From a virus, in UHGV virus genome UHGV-0311442: DNA of 64,000 bases; one strand, given 5' to 3'. A program made the translations under genes and the position numbers. Under the pieces are notes generated by a model. It ran no database searches and had not been told where the DNA came from. It was given only the letters and a program-made list of their open reading frames with translations. Positions 34,722 to 42,613 of the stretch are shown here, piece after piece. How positions within the stretch are numbered: the stretch's first letter is position 1; each line of letters opens with the position of its first letter.

Positions 34722-35456
34722 TTAATCCCTGGTTAATTGATCACGAATCTGCGGCGCAACATACTCGCCAGTTTTCAGTTCTTCGTGACAGGCTTTGGCG
34801 CGTTCAAACCCGTATTGGCGGGTGACCAAAGCGAGGTGATAAATACGTGCCGTAGTGTAGGCTTCTTTTGCTGCATCCCACATTGCGTGGTGCTCAAAAG
34901 CGGGCTTACCGCGCGTCCAATAAACTTGCTCTACCGTTAAGTCGGGTTCGAAACCAAACGCAAAAGCTAAACGCTCTGCGGTACGATCGCTATCTAACGC
35001 GCTAAATTTACGGAACTTCCCTGGCGGGATATCGCATTGTGCGAATGCGTTCATGAAAACCGGCGCATCGAAGTCGGGACCGCGCATGGTAATAACAAAC
35101 TCATGCTTTGCGGTGATCTCTCCGAGCCATTTTTGCATCGCCCACAGCGCGTCTGGCAATGCTGTTGTTCCACCCCAGGCTTCTTCATACGCTTCACGAG
35201 ATGGTGCGTATTCGGGTTCACCTTTACCTTCCCACCAACCAACGGTTTGTGGGTCTTCGTGGAAAATGGCTTTTGCTTTAGGATCGTTAGGATCAATACG
35301 GATGTATGAAGAACCGACCATTTTCAAGGTAGGGACGTCAAAAGCCACTAAACCTGCACTCAACAGATAAGCATCAGGACGTAACGATTTGGTTTCTGCA
35401 TCAGCACCAATAACCAGTGTCGGTGTGTACGGGGTGACAATTTTTGGGTAGGTCAT
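34722..35456 (-). CDS. DEDDh-type 3'-5' exonuclease (Rv2179c-like/DnaQ-like fold)
   Basis: Track ORF of 244 aa. Motifs: VIGADAETKSL (DxE), MRGPDFDAPVFMNAF, HHAMWDAAKEAY (H-x4-D). Confidence 0.6.
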   Translation of the reverse strand: MTYPKIVTPYTPTLVIGADAETKSLRPDAYLLSAGLVAFDVPTLKMVGSSYIRIDPNDPKAKAIFHEDPQTVGWWEGKGEPEYAPSREAYEEAWGGTTALPDALWAMQKWLGEITAKHEFVITMRGPDFDAPVFMNAFAQCDIPPGKFRKFSALDSDRTAERLAFAFGFEPDLTVEQVYWTRGKPAFEHHAMWDAAKEAYTTARIYHLALVTRQYGFERAKACHEELKTGEYVAPQIRDQLTRD

Positions 35457-35500
35457 GTTGAATTCTCCTGTTAGTCTACATTAAAATAGTCGTAAACGTT

Positions 35501-35542
35501 AAAAAGAAAGACCCTCCTGTACCACGAAAGGGTACAGGAGGG
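35501..35542 (-). terminator. Rho-independent terminator (minus strand)
   Basis: 12-bp stem ccctcctgtacc/ggtacaggaggg. The minus strand continues tctttcttttt. Confidence 0.75.
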
Positions 35543-35546
35543 AGTG

Positions 35547-36002
35547 TCAGTACAAACACGATGTCAAGTATTGGTTATACGAATCGAGCAGTGTCTGACG
35601 GTCGGAACGGTAATTCCACAACAAATTATTGAGTTTACGCGATAAATCACGGCTAATCTCTTGGGGCGTTAAAGAACTTTCATCAAGAGATAAGCGTTCA
35701 GGTACAACATGTAACTTCGGTAACTCATAACGTTCACAAAGTGGAGCCAGCATTGGTGGGCTCCAGCCACGTTTAACGGCTTGTTGGTTTAAATTTCGGG
35801 TGTAGACATAAACGTAGTAAGCATAGGTGTTGACATCCGCAACATACTCACGCATTGCATTATTGTCAATTTTCCAATTCACCATTATTGGCGGTGTAGG
35901 AGGAAGTTCCAGTGGCCTATAAGCTGGACGTTTAACTTCGTCGCCGTAGCTATTACTCACCAACCCCACGAACACCATCATGATGAATAACAGCATTTTC
36001 AT
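35547..36002 (-). CDS. Secreted (signal-peptide) protein with a Pro-rich mature N-terminus
   Basis: The track ORF starts at a TTG at 36005. The ATG at 36002 (MKMLLFIMMVFVGLVSNSYG/DEV) lies 6 nt after AAGGAG. There is no lipobox Cys. Confidence 0.55.
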   Translation of the reverse strand: MKMLLFIMMVFVGLVSNSYGDEVKRPAYRPLELPPTPPIMVNWKIDNNAMREYVADVNTYAYYVYVYTRNLNQQAVKRGWSPPMLAPLCERYELPKLHVVPERLSLDESSLTPQEISRDLSRKLNNLLWNYRSDRQTLLDSYNQYLTSCLY

Positions 36003-36005
36003 CAA

Positions 36006-36509
36006 TCACTCCTTAGAAGACGTTAGCGTCTTTATGATCTCCTGTCGAAAACTGTTCGCATTTAAATTGCCAACAGGTCTCGCCGAAGCCTCTTTACGTT
36101 GTTCTGGTGTTGAAGCTGGATTAACAGGAGTTTCTGGTTTTGTCGAAGACAGATCCTTCGCCGTACCGCTCGCTTTCGATGAATTAAACGTGCTTTCATA
36201 TGGCGGTTTCTGGCCGAGGCAAACGAAGAGCCTGTCGTATAACTTCCCATTATCTTCTTTTAGTTTATCTCGATCTTGTTTCATCTCTTGGTAAGACTGC
36301 GACATATAAGTGTCATGAGACTGCACTGCAACGAGCGCGTGAAACTGTTGTACATAGGCGTAGGAGACGAAGCCAGAATACGACAACAAGATCGTGATGA
36401 TTAAAGTCATTATCTTGCTTGCTCTTGATACGTTTTCTCCTTCTCCTGGTTTAAATGCTTCCATTAACATCTGAAGGAAGAACGGAAGCACTTTAAAAAA
36501 TGAACCCAT
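36006..36509 (-). CDS. Membrane protein with a TM segment followed by a coiled-coil-like region
   Basis: Track ORF of 167 aa. The hydrophobic segment IMTLIITILLSYSGFVSYAYV is followed by QEMKQDRDKLKEDNGKLYDRL. The gene directly abuts the downstream signal-peptide gene. Confidence 0.55.
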   Translation of the reverse strand: MGSFFKVLPFFLQMLMEAFKPGEGENVSRASKIMTLIITILLSYSGFVSYAYVQQFHALVAVQSHDTYMSQSYQEMKQDRDKLKEDNGKLYDRLFVCLGQKPPYESTFNSSKASGTAKDLSSTKPETPVNPASTPEQRKEASARPVGNLNANSFRQEIIKTLTSSKE

Positions 36510-36534
36510 TGCTCACCTCGGAGTATTTTTAATT

Positions 36535-37908
36535 ATGTTAGACTTACAAGGTTTTATTCAGATACCGGCACTGTTTGACAATCAGGACGGCGTCACCGCT
36601 CCGGTGGGCGAGCTGTCGGATTTGACACTCTCGTACGCGAAGAGTAAACAGACGTTTACTAAAACCAATTTGCAAGTTCAATTGGTGACTTTTACGTCTA
36701 AACGAGAAAAACAGACGGTTGTTGTGCCAGCCGAGTTTTCTGATCATATTCTAACCGTTTCTCAATGGATTTACCAGCAAGCCATCTTGGGGAATCTGAG
36801 AAATGACGAACTCGAATTCCAGCGCCTGTTATTAGGCCAATTCCAATCAACCATTTCTGGTGTTCAGTCTGGTGCGATGATACAGACGAACAGTAACTGG
36901 TTCCCACGTTGGGTGAGCTGGAAATATGAAGTAACGGCAGATCAAGTACAAGATGACACTGATGTAGATAATCAGATCATTGTTTGGTTCTCGGATGAAG
37001 ACTTCGATCAAGATTACACAGGGTTCGAAATCGAAGTACAGATGCCGATTTCACCAATCGACACATTTTTGTCGACCAAGTCAGTCGTTGAAAAGGCGAT
37101 GGAAGGGTTTAACCTTACCGAACACCATAAGAAAATCAATGAGTTAATGGCAGGGTTTCCTTACACCGCTATCCAAACCAACTACTATACTTGGCACGAT
37201 CAAGAAAACTACGAGTCCACCCTAGTTGTCCCAATGTCGGTTATTATTTACGGACGTGCGGGGAAAAACCCAACGAAAATAAAGCAGGCGTTGCGAGAAC
37301 ATATTCTCGCTAATTCCAGCTTTACTGTCCCTGTCGGGGTAAAAGTATTTCCCGAGATTTTCACTACCACGAAATTTACAATTGTTCCCGGATGGAAAAT
37401 TCGTGGAATACCCAATGAGGAAGATGTGGCGGCGCTTTATTCCCCCATCCTTCCATATGATTTCTGGGTCAAAGCTATCAGTCGGTTTGGAGAATGGGCA
37501 GACCTGACGGTAGCAGAAAGAAATACTAAAACGATCAGTAAACCTACAACAGACGTAACTGACTTACCAACAGTTTATAAATCATTAAACTGTGTTGTAA
37601 TCAGTGGGCCGGAAAACGATACACGGAAAGCGACCTTACACGAAACTATCCCGGATTATGCGTTAATTGCGACGACTAACCCTGATATTGCGCGTATGTC
37701 GAAAACAACGACCGAATGGTTGGCGTTATTCTTCCAGGCACTTATTGCTGCGGAAGAATACCACCCGTATCAAACCAGCTTAGATGTTGTAAAACTGGTC
37801 GATGAGGCCGACCCTGATAACTACTTCTGGGTGTTTGAATACGACAACGTAGAATATCGTATCCTGTCTCGGAAAGCGAAATGGTACACCGAGTTAGACG
37901 AGGAGTAA
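36535..37908 (+). CDS. Hypothetical protein (possibly structural)
   Basis: Track ORF of 457 aa with an ATG start. Its start is only 25 nt from the divergent start at 36509. Confidence 0.6.
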   Translation: MLDLQGFIQIPALFDNQDGVTAPVGELSDLTLSYAKSKQTFTKTNLQVQLVTFTSKREKQTVVVPAEFSDHILTVSQWIYQQAILGNLRNDELEFQRLLLGQFQSTISGVQSGAMIQTNSNWFPRWVSWKYEVTADQVQDDTDVDNQIIVWFSDEDFDQDYTGFEIEVQMPISPIDTFLSTKSVVEKAMEGFNLTEHHKKINELMAGFPYTAIQTNYYTWHDQENYESTLVVPMSVIIYGRAGKNPTKIKQALREHILANSSFTVPVGVKVFPEIFTTTKFTIVPGWKIRGIPNEEDVAALYSPILPYDFWVKAISRFGEWADLTVAERNTKTISKPTTDVTDLPTVYKSLNCVVISGPENDTRKATLHETIPDYALIATTNPDIARMSKTTTEWLALFFQALIAAEEYHPYQTSLDVVKLVDEADPDNYFWVFEYDNVEYRILSRKAKWYTELDEE

Positions 37909-37911
37909 TGA

Positions 37912-38535
37912 ATGGCTACGCGTTTACCACTCCAGGTACCGGTCAACACCACGGGACTGTTCAAAGTAAAAACACCATTTACTTTGGCCGAGACGGTCAT
38001 TTATACGGTAGAAGCGTCACGTACCTTCCCAGATTTAGTACGTCAGAATATTGACGTTTATAACTCGTATTACCAGCCAGTAGGGCTAGGACGTGAAGAA
38101 TATTTAGCAGATGCGAATGTTAGTGCGTCGATTCTGACATTTAAATCTCGGGACGGTCAAGTTGTATATATACCTGACACCTACCTGGAATCATACCCAG
38201 GTTTATCCGGGATCACGTATCAACGAAATGTGTTAGTGGTAGATTTGGCACTGGTACCGGATTACGTGAAAGTGTCGTCTATAACAAAAGACGTTTCAGA
38301 TATTCTCACGCATACACTAGGGATTGAGCCGAAAGTTGAAATTACAACACTCGAGTATGAGGGGAAGGTAACGGAGGAACAACACTTGCAGATGGAAGCG
38401 GCACGAAAAAATAAAATTCGTGAATCTATTCCATTAGGTGAGAAAGTTGCTGCGTTGACAGAAGAGAACAAAAAATTAAAAGAGTTAAACAACCAAATGT
38501 TAGAGATTCTTAAAGCTAACGGGTTAGTTAATTAA
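37912..38535 (+). CDS. Hypothetical protein with a C-terminal coiled coil
   Basis: Track ORF of 207 aa with an ATG after GAGGAG. It ends at a bidirectional terminator. Confidence 0.6.
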   Translation: MATRLPLQVPVNTTGLFKVKTPFTLAETVIYTVEASRTFPDLVRQNIDVYNSYYQPVGLGREEYLADANVSASILTFKSRDGQVVYIPDTYLESYPGLSGITYQRNVLVVDLALVPDYVKVSSITKDVSDILTHTLGIEPKVEITTLEYEGKVTEEQHLQMEAARKNKIRESIPLGEKVAALTEENKKLKELNNQMLEILKANGLVN

Positions 38536-38577
38536 AAAAGATTACCCTACTCCTTCGGGAGTAGGGTAGCTTTTATT
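38534..38577. terminator. Bidirectional hairpin terminator, CCCTACTCC family
   Basis: Stem taccctactcc/ggagtagggta with loop ttcg. An A-run lies upstream and gcttttatttt downstream. Confidence 0.8.
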
Positions 38578-39129
38578 TTAAATGTCGACTTCTAGTTTAC
38601 GGTAATCGATGACGCCTTGAGCAATCATAGCAGCAACATCGTTCCAAGTACGAAAAATGAAGTAAACGGTATCCCCGTTTAAATAGATATTGGATTCTTT
38701 ATCCGGGAAATCATCTTCACTGAGGTAGTAGTAGGGTTTGTCGAATGGGAAGTCACGTTCATCAGAGGAACCAAGTACCGCATAACGATTGCCACAATCA
38801 AACAGAATCTTCCAACCAGACATTTCACTATTAGCGTCAATACGATCGTCGATTTCAACGGTAATAGGAGAATGATCAAGAAAGCTGATTGTAACCTCCC
38901 CGTTATGTTGTCGTTTGAATCGATGAATATCTGTAGGCACAATTTCAGATGCTGCTATAAGGGAATAAAGTTGCGTTACGGTGATCTTTTTGTAAACACT
39001 ATCGCCATCCCACAAACGATCAAATAAGAAATTAGCCAGGAAATTTATATCCTTTAAACGTGAACGGAAAACAGAGCCACGACGAATACCGTAAGCCAGA
39101 TGAGTTAAATATTCAGACGATGGAAACAT
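38578..39129 (-). CDS. Hypothetical protein; paralog of the N-terminal part of 39192..40124
   Basis: Track ORF of 183 aa. MFPSSEYLTHLAYGIRR... and NGDTVYFIFRTWNDVAAMI correspond to MTFPSEVIYELANTLRR... and NGGVVYFILSNWSHVSYVL. Confidence 0.6.
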   Translation of the reverse strand: MFPSSEYLTHLAYGIRRGSVFRSRLKDINFLANFLFDRLWDGDSVYKKITVTQLYSLIAASEIVPTDIHRFKRQHNGEVTISFLDHSPITVEIDDRIDANSEMSGWKILFDCGNRYAVLGSSDERDFPFDKPYYYLSEDDFPDKESNIYLNGDTVYFIFRTWNDVAAMIAQGVIDYRKLEVDI

Positions 39130-39147
39130 TTTAATACTCCTAAGGTG

Positions 39148-39184
39148 GAAAAAAGAATTAACCCTACTCCCGGAGGAGTAGGGG
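39148..39184 (-). terminator. Rho-independent terminator (minus strand), CCCTACTCC family
   Basis: Stem ccctactcc/ggagtaggg with loop cgga. The minus strand continues ttaattctttttt. Confidence 0.75.
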
Positions 39185-39191
39185 ATTTAAA

Positions 39192-40124
39192 TTACTTTTT
39201 GGTTTGACCCAGGTTTTCAAGAACCAGCTCACGAATGTACTTCTGAGTACGTTTCTTCGGTGGTAAAGCCATAAGGGTGTCAACGATTCCCTGGCCGCCG
39301 ATAACCTTGCTGACGAGTTGTTGAACTTGGAAGAGTTCTGCTTCTTCGTCGCTAATTTCGTTAGCTTGGTCTTTCTGACACAATGCTTCTACCAGGTCAG
39401 CTACGGATATTTCATTTTCGTCACCAGGGAAATCCAGGTTTAACGATTCGAAAACATCACGCTTAACGAGCACAGATTTCAGATCATCGTAGTTTTCACA
39501 AACGGCGACTTCTGTGCCAGGTACCGTTTCTTCTTCGTCTTGATCTTCATTCTCAGCGGAGAGGTAACTTACTTCTGTTGCGTGGAATGTTGCGTCAGCT
39601 TTTCTCAGGACGTAGCTCACATGCGACCAATTGCTCAGGATGAAGTAGACAACACCCCCATTTAATCCGATATTGCCCTGGCGAAGTTCGAGAGCAATTT
39701 CCAGGCGGCGTGAAATCTGCCCCAAGTCAAAGAAAGACTCGTCGCGTGCCGCAACAACTTCGTACTGATTCACCCCTTGTTCTACAACAACGAACCAGTT
39801 ATCCGGGAGAGGATACGGGTTGCGCATGAAAGAAAGTTCGTTCCCTACGCCTGGGTCAACAGTAACGGATGTATGGCGCATTCCCATGGAGAAGTTGAAC
39901 GTATCCCCATTTAGAACCGCAATTGCACCGTCAATCGGAAGAATTTTGGTGGTACGATCAATAGAGAAAATCTCTTTCTGCGCAATTGAAGGCTGATTAC
40001 TGCCTAGGAAATGGTTACGCAGAAAAGCAGCGGTTGGGCCTAAGCTGGCTTGCAGTATATGGTAGTTATAACGACGACGCAGCGTGTTAGCCAGTTCGTA
40101 AATTACTTCAGATGGAAAAGTCAT
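39192..40124 (-). CDS. Hypothetical protein; paralog of 38578..39129 with an acidic C-terminal extension
   Basis: Track ORF of 310 aa with an ATG after AAAGAGGAC. Confidence 0.6.
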   Translation of the reverse strand: MTFPSEVIYELANTLRRRYNYHILQASLGPTAAFLRNHFLGSNQPSIAQKEIFSIDRTTKILPIDGAIAVLNGDTFNFSMGMRHTSVTVDPGVGNELSFMRNPYPLPDNWFVVVEQGVNQYEVVAARDESFFDLGQISRRLEIALELRQGNIGLNGGVVYFILSNWSHVSYVLRKADATFHATEVSYLSAENEDQDEEETVPGTEVAVCENYDDLKSVLVKRDVFESLNLDFPGDENEISVADLVEALCQKDQANEISDEEAELFQVQQLVSKVIGGQGIVDTLMALPPKKRTQKYIRELVLENLGQTKK

Positions 40125-40177
40125 TTTAATAGTCCTCTTTTAGGTTTGTTCAAATCAACTAAGGGTTATGTAAAAAG

Positions 40178-40657
40178 TTAAAATAATGGCAAGTTACGCC
40201 ATTGCCCTACCGAGTAAAAAGCTTTTGGATGTTTACGGATATACGCTTTCGCTTCTTCTGGCAACCAACGATCGCCTACCAGTTTTTGTTGTGCAACAAT
40301 TACCGCCATCAACAAATACGGATTTTTCGCACCGGGGAACTTTGCATTGGTTTCTAGCGCAATATCCAACATTGACGACCAGCCCAATAATTTATGTTGC
40401 GCCGGTAAACGTTCTTCAATATACATCAGCCATTTCATGATTTGTTTAGGCTTATACGGACAGGTATAATTCGCCCAACAGACCATGACGAACTTAATAG
40501 CCTTCGCAATCACCCATACAGGGACAGTCACGAAAAGGCAGAAAATGGCCAACTGCGAGGCGGGCGCTTCGACAAAAGTAATCGCCACAAGGACCATAAA
40601 CAATTCAAGTACCACAAACCAAAAACGCGTTGGATAACGCCAAATGAATTTTATCAT
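40178..40657 (-). CDS. Membrane protein (two N-terminal TM helices plus a soluble C-terminal domain)
   Basis: Track ORF of 159 aa. The hydrophobic segments are FWFVVLELFMVLVAITFV and LAIFCLFVTVPVWVIAKAIKFVMV. Confidence 0.6.
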   Translation of the reverse strand: MIKFIWRYPTRFWFVVLELFMVLVAITFVEAPASQLAIFCLFVTVPVWVIAKAIKFVMVCWANYTCPYKPKQIMKWLMYIEERLPAQHKLLGWSSMLDIALETNAKFPGAKNPYLLMAVIVAQQKLVGDRWLPEEAKAYIRKHPKAFYSVGQWRNLPLF

Positions 40658-40677
40658 AACTCTGTTCCTTTAGGGAA

Positions 40678-40719
40678 TGAAAATAAAAGTACCCCTTACT
40701 CCGTATAGGGTAAGGGGTA
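40678..40719 (-). terminator. Rho-independent terminator (minus strand)
   Basis: Stem tacccctta...taaggggta. The minus strand continues cttttattttc. Confidence 0.65.
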
Positions 40720-40723
40720 GAGG

Positions 40724-41233
40724 TTAGAAGAACGGCTGGTTTGGAATGACAGCGTACTCTAAAATGAACATGTGTTCTGGGGCGTCTTCTTTACGCCAGA
40801 CTTTGTGCGTCGTCACAAGTTTTTCCAGAATCGTTAAAAAACTACGCTGGCAGTATGTGTTTTCACCAAGCAGTAGATTTTGAAGTTCTACAGTAGCGTC
40901 CATATACGCCTGTTTAAAGACTAAACTACGATTATACTGTCCGGTAAAATTCCAAAGCAAGACTTTCCCTTCTTCGGTTTCTTTTACCGTTGGCCGTAAA
41001 CCACAAATCCACAACAAGGCAAGGTTGACGTTCCAGTCAAACTCTAAACCTTCTTCTTCGTCATCACCGAATGCTGTGGGTAAAGCATCGTAAAATTCGT
41101 GTTTCTCTGCGAATTCTTCATCTGACTTAATCTCGTCTTCGATGCTGCTTCGGACGATACTGTAAACGTCTTTCGCGGTCAATTGTGCGGCTTTTGTAAT
41201 GCCTTTATACCAATCGGTTACTACGATGCTCAA
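40724..41233 (-). CDS. Hypothetical protein
   Basis: Track ORF of 169 aa with a TTG start 7 nt after GAGGAG. It overlaps the stop of the SLT gene. Confidence 0.55.
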   Translation of the reverse strand: MSIVVTDWYKGITKAAQLTAKDVYSIVRSSIEDEIKSDEEFAEKHEFYDALPTAFGDDEEEGLEFDWNVNLALLWICGLRPTVKETEEGKVLLWNFTGQYNRSLVFKQAYMDATVELQNLLLGENTYCQRSFLTILEKLVTTHKVWRKEDAPEHMFILEYAVIPNQPFF

Positions 41234-41928
41234 AGGGTAACTCCTCTATTGATTGGAAAACTCGTGTTTATCGTATCCCAAATTTTACTAACTTCCGCCA
41301 ATTGAATCTGACGTGGTGTTTTCTTCGCAAACGCAAGCTGACGTGGGGCCGAGCCCACAACAACAGGCACATCGATTTTCGCGCTATAGAACGCGGCGTC
41401 TTTCATAAAGCCTGCCATTTCTCGTTGTGCTGCTCGAGATTTGCTTTTGATTCGCGTGTGAGCGCCACTTTCACCCCAGTGGTAAGCTAACGCAACTTCA
41501 GCCATGGTGGGCTTGCGTTTGAGTCGTTTGGTTAACCCCTTTTCAAGATGTTTAACATACGCGGCAGCCAGCAAAACAGCATTACGCGGATTATACAAAT
41601 CGGCGTTCTGACTAAGACCTAATTCTTTTCCATAAAGCCTTAGCAGATTACGCTTGGTACTTGGAAGCATCTGTACCAGGCTGTGTGCTCGTGAGCTTTT
41701 GTTGTAAGCCTTGGGATCAAAACGCGATTCACGATAAATCAGCGTAATCATCAGCTTAGGATCAACGCCTTGCTTTCGAGAGATTTCCACAATTAACGGG
41801 CTGACTTTTTCGAACCGATGTTGGATTTGTGTAAACTCACGCTGATGCTTAGATTGCGGCGTTGATGTTGACGCCTGTGCGTTAAACGCGAAAAGTGTTA
41901 CCAGTAAAAGAAAGAAGATACGAAACAT
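41230..41928 (-). CDS. Secreted lytic transglycosylase (SLT domain); candidate signal-peptide endolysin
   Basis: The track ORF starts at 41955. The ATG at 41928 after TGGAG gives MFRIFFLLLVTLFAFNAQA/ST, a Sec-type signal. SLT motifs: LIYRESRFDPKAYNKSSRAHSLVQMLPST, LYNPRNAVLLAAAYVKHL, ALAYHWGESG. Confidence 0.75.
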   Translation of the reverse strand: MFRIFFLLLVTLFAFNAQASTSTPQSKHQREFTQIQHRFEKVSPLIVEISRKQGVDPKLMITLIYRESRFDPKAYNKSSRAHSLVQMLPSTKRNLLRLYGKELGLSQNADLYNPRNAVLLAAAYVKHLEKGLTKRLKRKPTMAEVALAYHWGESGAHTRIKSKSRAAQREMAGFMKDAAFYSAKIDVPVVVGSAPRQLAFAKKTPRQIQLAEVSKIWDTINTSFPINRGVTL

Positions 41929-42010
41929 TTTGTTTCTCCAGTTGGATTTATACATTTCCGTATTCCGTAAGACGAAATGACGGCGCGGACAGCTAATACT
42001 CCTTTGTTGT

Positions 42011-42035
42011 GTGCCCTAATGATAATATCTATTTA
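42011..42035 (-). promoter_or_regulatory. Promoter-like motif, class B (minus orientation: TAAATAGATATTATCATTAGGGCAC)
   Basis: Same TAGATATTATC core as 32521-32545, again beginning with the TAG stop of the upstream gene. It lies upstream of the SLT gene. Confidence 0.4.
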
Positions 42036-42526
42036 AAAGAGTTTGGAATTAATGACTCTGCTTCTCGGTACAGCTTATCGGGTAAGTATAACGTGTAGTG
42101 TTGTCTCCTCGGTTCAAGTTTTTTGTAAAGCCACAAAAAGATTTCTTGTCTTTCCCAGGAATCTAACCACCCATTTGCCATCCCCAGTGGAGGGATAGCA
42201 ACGCTGGTATCCAGTTCCTCAACACAATCTGCTAATGCGGTAATGCCCGCAGTAACATAAGAAACCTGGGACTTTAAACGCCAATGTGTTTTCGTTGGGA
42301 GCAAGATGCACTTTTCATCAGGGTAAACGTAAACGCTTCCAATCTTAATTTCGTCTTCGCGACACCGCTTACGGTAATCTTGATAAAGGTTGGGGTAGCG
42401 TTCACGGCACGCCAGTGCAATACCGCGACCCATCGCTCCTACGCAGTTAATGGTAACGACTTTATAGTCTTCGGGCGCATTAAAAAGATCGTTACCAATT
42501 TCAGATTCTTTACGTACCGTTAACAT
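42029..42526 (-). CDS. Macrodomain protein, DarG/TARG1-like class (ADP-ribose hydrolase-like)
   Basis: The track ORF starts at a TTG at 42589. The ATG at 42526 (MLTVRKE...) is preferred but uncertain. VVTINCVGAMGRGIALACRERYPNLYQDYRKRC...LLPTKTHWRLKS...VAIPPLGMANGWLDSW matches by eye the DarG-type pattern NTVGVMGKGIALQFK..FP..Y..Y...C...NFPTKxHWRxxS...SxAxPxLGCGxGGLxW. Confidence 0.7.
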   Translation of the reverse strand: MLTVRKESEIGNDLFNAPEDYKVVTINCVGAMGRGIALACRERYPNLYQDYRKRCREDEIKIGSVYVYPDEKCILLPTKTHWRLKSQVSYVTAGITALADCVEELDTSVAIPPLGMANGWLDSWERQEIFLWLYKKLEPRRQHYTLYLPDKLYREAESLIPNSFK

Positions 42527-42613
42527 AACGAAACGCCCGGAGTTGATGTGTAGTATTAAAACGTGTACCGCCGATTGATAACTCGACAAGTATAGCGATA
42601 TATGTTTTACCCA

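Noticed and set aside
42593-42613. Plus-strand look-alike of the class A motif (GCGATATATGTTTTACCCATTAGCG)
   Set aside because: Its orientation would drive transcription antisense into minus-strand genes. The AGATAT core is imperfect, so it is probably chance similarity in AT-rich sequence.
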